NCBI GenBank assembly: GCA_963753595.1
Contig: CAVWCX010000022.1
Coordinates: 1 to 64,000, forward strand
Length of the DNA stretch: 64,000 nucleotides
DNA from: Candidatus Methanoperedenaceae archaeon
GTDB taxonomy: Archaea > Halobacteriota > Methanosarcinia > Methanosarcinales > Methanoperedenaceae
Direction of reading: 5' to 3'
The position numbers were made by a program, and so were the translations under genes. The notes under the pieces are model-generated. The model had not been told where the DNA came from and made no database searches. It saw only the letters and a program-made list of their open reading frames with translations. Position 1 is the first letter of the stretch; each line of letters starts with the position of its first letter. Shown here in pieces: positions 61,664 to 64,000 of this stretch.

Positions 61664-62550
61664 TTTTTATGCGCCATCCCGTAAATTTCATTGAATGTCC
61701 ATTCTTTTTCTGCAAGGAATGCTTCGATACCCATTGATACATCTTTGAAAATATTGATGTTATTCCCTGCTGCAGAGCCAATTTGAACCGCAAGCGCTCC
61801 TGCCATTATGAATTCAACCGCATCCTTCCAGTCCGAGATCCCGCCAACGCCAATTACCGGTATGTCAAGAACATCATAAAGATCATAAACACACTTTATC
61901 GCAACTGGCTTTATTGCGCGGCCAGAAAGCCCACCGAATTTGTTTCCCAGCACAGGATAACCACTTTCGATATCTATTGCCATCCCCCTCACCGTGTTTA
62001 TCGCAACAACTGCATCAGCTCCCCCTTTCTGGGCTGCCAGTCCTATACTTTTTATATCTGTGACATTGGGCGTTAATTTTACCCAGACCGGCGCATCGGT
62101 TGCGGTTTTAACTGCCGCAGTGATATCTTCCACAAGAGCCGGGTCTGTACCGATATCGGCGCCAAACCCATGAGCATGCGGGCAGCTTACATTGAGCTCA
62201 AACGCATCAGCGTCCAGCTTGCCTGCTATTTCTGAAAAATCAAGCGCGCACCCCCCGAAAATACTTGCGATCACAGGCACACCCGAATTCCTCGCGAGGT
62301 CAATTTCCTGCTGGAAATTCTTATAAGAAGGATTTGGAAGACCCAATGCATTCAGGTAACCGCAGTCCACTTCAACCATGCTCGGGTTAGCGTGCCCGGT
62401 TTTTGGTTCTATCCCGATGGATTTTGTGACAACTGCCCCTGCTCTATTATCCGCGATACGCTTGAGTGAGCCGCCTGTTGTCCCCATTATCCCTGCTGCA
62501 AGCACCAATGGATTTTTTAATTTCAGACCGGTTACAGTTAAAGAGAGCAT
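61660..62550 (-). CDS. pyrD: Dihydroorotate dehydrogenase B catalytic subunit
   Basis: NVSCPH, KLTPN, AINT, GGLSG, GVGGI. Confidence 0.95.
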   Translation of the reverse strand: MLSLTVTGLKLKNPLVLAAGIMGTTGGSLKRIADNRAGAVVTKSIGIEPKTGHANPSMVEVDCGYLNALGLPNPSYKNFQQEIDLARNSGVPVIASIFGGCALDFSEIAGKLDADAFELNVSCPHAHGFGADIGTDPALVEDITAAVKTATDAPVWVKLTPNVTDIKSIGLAAQKGGADAVVAINTVRGMAIDIESGYPVLGNKFGGLSGRAIKPVAIKCVYDLYDVLDIPVIGVGGISDWKDAVEFIMAGALAVQIGSAAGNNINIFKDVSMGIEAFLAEKEWTFNEIYGMAHKK

Positions 62551-62651
62551 AGAGGTTTATGATTGATATTATATGCTTAAAAAAGTAACCCTGAAAAAAA
62601 GTGTAGAGTCTGAAAAAAAGAGTTTTTCTATAAGAGAAATAGCTTTAATCT

Positions 62652-63254
62652 TTATCTTATAAAATCACTTGTATTGAATGGCATTTCCCTGGGTTTTTCA
62701 TTTGTTGCAACCTCTGTAACAGTGGCTGTTGGTGTTATAGCTCCAGTACTTGAACCTACAAGTAATACTGAAGAACCTCCGACATTCCCGGCAGCCCTTT
62801 CCTGGTCTTTGAATGTACCTCTGAAAGTGTAAGAACCTGCTGATTCGGGGGCTGTCAAAGTATAAGCAATGCTGACGCTGCCGATATTTATGAACGTCCA
62901 GACATTGCCGACGTTAGTGGCCATTCCTGCCGTATTGGCAATTAGATTAAATCCTGCTGGGATTGTTTCTATCACCATATAACCAGGCGATTCGAAAAGT
63001 GTTGAAGGTGAGGGTGTCAAAGTAATGGTAAAGATACTTCCTGGTTGTATTGTTGATGCTGAAAATATTCTTGTTACAGTTCCAGCGCTGGTTTCTGAAG
63101 GAGTAATTGAAGGCGTCGCTACAGGCTCTATTGGTGTTTCAACGCACCCGCTGAGTAATATTGTCAAGAATACCAGCAATATCATACCGATTTTCATTCC
63201 AGGATGCATCATCCGGAAACGTACATAAAATCCCCTCATAAACATTACTTTCAT
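62652..63254 (-). CDS. Putative lipoprotein with beta-sandwich domain
   Basis: Lipobox LSGC, T/P-rich linker. Confidence 0.65.
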   Translation of the reverse strand: MKVMFMRGFYVRFRMMHPGMKIGMILLVFLTILLSGCVETPIEPVATPSITPSETSAGTVTRIFSASTIQPGSIFTITLTPSPSTLFESPGYMVIETIPAGFNLIANTAGMATNVGNVWTFINIGSVSIAYTLTAPESAGSYTFRGTFKDQERAAGNVGGSSVLLVGSSTGAITPTATVTEVATNEKPREMPFNTSDFIR

Positions 63255-63314
63255 CCTGATCGATATATATAGATTTGTTTAAGAGGAAATTTTTTGGGAA
63301 AAGACGATCGCAGA

Positions 63315-63536
63315 TTAAAACCCTCGCTCAAGTCTGATCGCTTTTGGCCTGCAGTTTGTCACACATGTTGTGCATCCTATGCAGAAGCTCTTATCCAGTA
63401 CTTCTGCTGCCTTCTTTCCATTTTTTTCAATAAGCCTGTAAATCCTTGGCCCTTTCGGGCAAACCCTTATACATTCCCCGCATCCCGTGCATTTTTCTTC
63501 ATCAATGAATATATCTATCATGTTGGAACATTCCAA
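63315..63536 (-). CDS. 2x[4Fe-4S] ferredoxin
   Basis: [23 protein letters not shown]. Confidence 0.9.
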   Translation of the reverse strand: MECSNMIDIFIDEEKCTGCGECIRVCPKGPRIYRLIEKNGKKAAEVLDKSFCIGCTTCVTNCRPKAIRLERGF

Positions 63537-63571
63537 GCACTTATATAAGCAATAATACTAAATTAAAGCGC

Positions 63572-64000
63572 ATGTCTGGAAATACTTTTGGTACACTTTT
63601 TCGGATGACAACCTGGGGTGAGAGCCACGGCCCTGCCGTAGGTGTTGTTGTTGACGGCTGCCCGGCCGGTCTTTTGATTGATGAGTCTGATATCCAGAAG
63701 GAATTAAACCGCAGGCGTCCAGGGCAAAGCGATATAACGACCCCGCGTAAAGAAGAGGATAAGGCCCGGATATTATCCGGGGTATTTCTGGGAAAGACCA
63801 CTGGTGCGCCGATATCGATAATTGTGCGAAATAATGATGTTGATTCAAGCAAATACGAGACGCTTCGTGACACTCCCCGCCCTGGACATGCGGATCTTAC
63901 TTATGAATTAAAGTATGGATACCGCGACTGGCGGGGAGGAGGGAGGTCATCAGCGCGTGAAACAACAGGGCGTGTTGCAGCTGGTGCCATTGCTAAGAAA
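63572..64000 (+). CDS. aroC: Chorismate synthase, partial (runs off window)
   Basis: [40 protein letters not shown]. Confidence 0.95.
   Translation, partial: MSGNTFGTLFRMTTWGESHGPAVGVVVDGCPAGLLIDESDIQKELNRRRPGQSDITTPRKEEDKARILSGVFLGKTTGAPISIIVRNNDVDSSKYETLRDTPRPGHADLTYELKYGYRDWRGGGRSSARETTGRVAAGAIAKK

Overview
Chromosomal window from a methane-metabolising euryarchaeon. The coenzyme F430 genes cfbDCB, an F390 synthetase, a PGF-pre-PGF surface protein and the overall gene order point to Methanosarcinales, most like Ca. Methanoperedens/ANME-2d (inference, no search run). Housekeeping genes (rbcL, queE, ftsZ, dtdA, cdc48, trxB, proS, mutS-like, cfbDCB, mcm, cyaB, lhr, pyrKD, aroC) alternate with two surface-glycosylation loci and three accessory islets. 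Islet 1 (16.4-17.7 kb) holds a Cas-less degenerate CRISPR mini-array directly downstream of a Zn-finger gene, plus an apparently frameshifted Doc toxin with an unannotated convergent antitoxin-like ORF. Islet 2 (41.7-46.7 kb) holds an IS1634-like element at a deletion junction, an IS256 and a decayed gene pair. Islet 3 (55.6-61.0 kb), between the convergent lhr and pyrK genes, is a stack of small cassettes separated by up to four diverged copies of the pyrK 3' end/downstream sequence and by two ~210-bp direct repeats. Its antitoxin-type genes are intact while the toxin partners are reduced to stubs. All family calls come from motif recognition by eye.
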